A stretch of DNA of 64,000 nucleotides from Dictyostelium discoideum (lineage: Eukaryota), in NCBI GenBank assembly GCA_000004695.1, contig CM000153.2, forward strand, positions 3,232,001 through 3,296,000, given 5' to 3'. A program made the position numbers and the translations under genes. The notes beneath the pieces are model-generated. The model was not told where the DNA came from. It was given only the letters and a program-made list of their open reading frames with translations, and did no database searches. Below, piece by piece: positions 63,760 to 64,000 of the stretch (positions within the stretch are counted from its first letter, which is position 1; every line of letters begins with the position of its first letter).

Positions 63760-64000
63760 TTATTTACCACTCCCATTATTTCCAATATTAATAAAAAATG
63801 ACAATGATTTTGTAGATTTTGGTAAATATTTAATTAATTTTAAATTTGCTGTATTTGGTAAAATTATGGTTTCAATTTTATCAGATTTAATTAAAAAATT
63901 TTTAATTATTGTATTTTTTAAATCTAAAATATGTATTGATCTGATATTAGTAAGAGATAATGATATTATATTGGCTTTTATTATTAATTTAAAAGCATAA
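63760..64000 (-). CDS. 3' end of a tandem paralogue of the same LRR/FNIP-like repeat family. The gene extends beyond the window end.
   Basis: The minus-strand open frame reads ..ILDLKNTIIKNFLIKSDKIETIILPNTANLKLIKYLPKSTKSLSFFINIGNNGSGK*, with the stop at 63762..63760. No in-frame splice to the downstream ORF could be constructed, so it is called as a separate gene. Confidence 0.45.
   Translation of the reverse strand, partial: YAFKLIIKANIISLSLTNIRSIHILDLKNTIIKNFLIKSDKIETIILPNTANLKLIKYLPKSTKSLSFFINIGNNGSGK

Noticed and set aside
63634-63780. Joining the two LRR/FNIP-like ORFs at the window end into one gene
   Set aside because: The G|GTAAAT donor after ..NNGS is phase 1, but no AG in 63634-63760 is positioned to restore the downstream frame. 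A stop (GGT AAA TAA) follows, so they are treated as separate tandem genes.

Overview
The window is nuclear genomic DNA with the hallmarks of Dictyostelium discoideum. It is extremely AT-rich, with long homopolymer A/T runs and many (AAT)n tracts that encode poly-Asn inside genes. Introns are tiny, about 80-280 bp, with GTAAGT/GTATGT donors and (t)nAG acceptors, and start codons sit in an aaaATG context. Genes are dense on both strands, roughly one per 2-2.5 kb.

I support about 28 protein-coding genes and no rRNA, tRNA, CRISPR or clear transposon. In window order they are:
- a START-domain protein, truncated at the window start
- a TMEM53/DUF829 hydrolase-like protein
- a dual-specificity phosphatase with a long poly-N/T tail
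- cytosolic leucyl-tRNA synthetase
- an atypical Rac/Rho GTPase
- a secreted, GPI-anchored Cys/Ser-rich protein
- an FKBP-type prolyl isomerase with a C-terminal transmembrane (TM) segment, plus a truncated duplicate (pseudogene) of it
- a 4-TM membrane protein
- a phosducin-like protein, PhLP2 type
- a peroxiredoxin-5-like protein
- a signal-peptide protein-tyrosine-phosphatase-like protein
- the GPI transamidase PIGK/GPI8
- a 7-TM-plus-TKL (tyrosine kinase-like) protein kinase
- nucleolar GTPase NOG1
- an MTA/SAH-deaminase-like amidohydrolase
- an FNIP-repeat protein
- a DUF836 glutaredoxin-like protein
- a small poly-N hypothetical protein
- an EF-hand protein
- two low-confidence small ORFs
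- an FG-GAP-plus-EGF-repeat adhesion-type membrane protein
- an odd eIF2B-epsilon-like mini-gene
- a tandem pair of giant paralogues encoding beta-helix (PbH1/Pmp-like) repeats fused to a ~10-TM domain
- two tandem LRR/FNIP-like repeat genes at the window end

The most interesting structure is the tandem beta-helix/multi-TM receptor-like gene pair at 52.4-62.4 kb. Its two copies show mosaic identity: near-identical 5' ends and 3' TM regions around divergent beta-helix ectodomains, as expected from gene conversion. It sits inside a cluster of surface/adhesion genes.

Other leads:
- the internally deleted eIF2B-epsilon-like ORF
- a segmental duplication around the FKBP gene with a GC-rich inverted-repeat element at its junction
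- several short tandem or palindromic GC-containing motif arrays in promoters
- a candidate unannotated small spliced gene in a 3.8-kb gene-poor stretch

Exon boundaries were derived by eye from frame continuity and splice motifs. They should be treated as +/- a few nt. The supplied ORF track evidently allows TTG starts: several of its 'M' residues are TTG codons that are really internal exon sequence.
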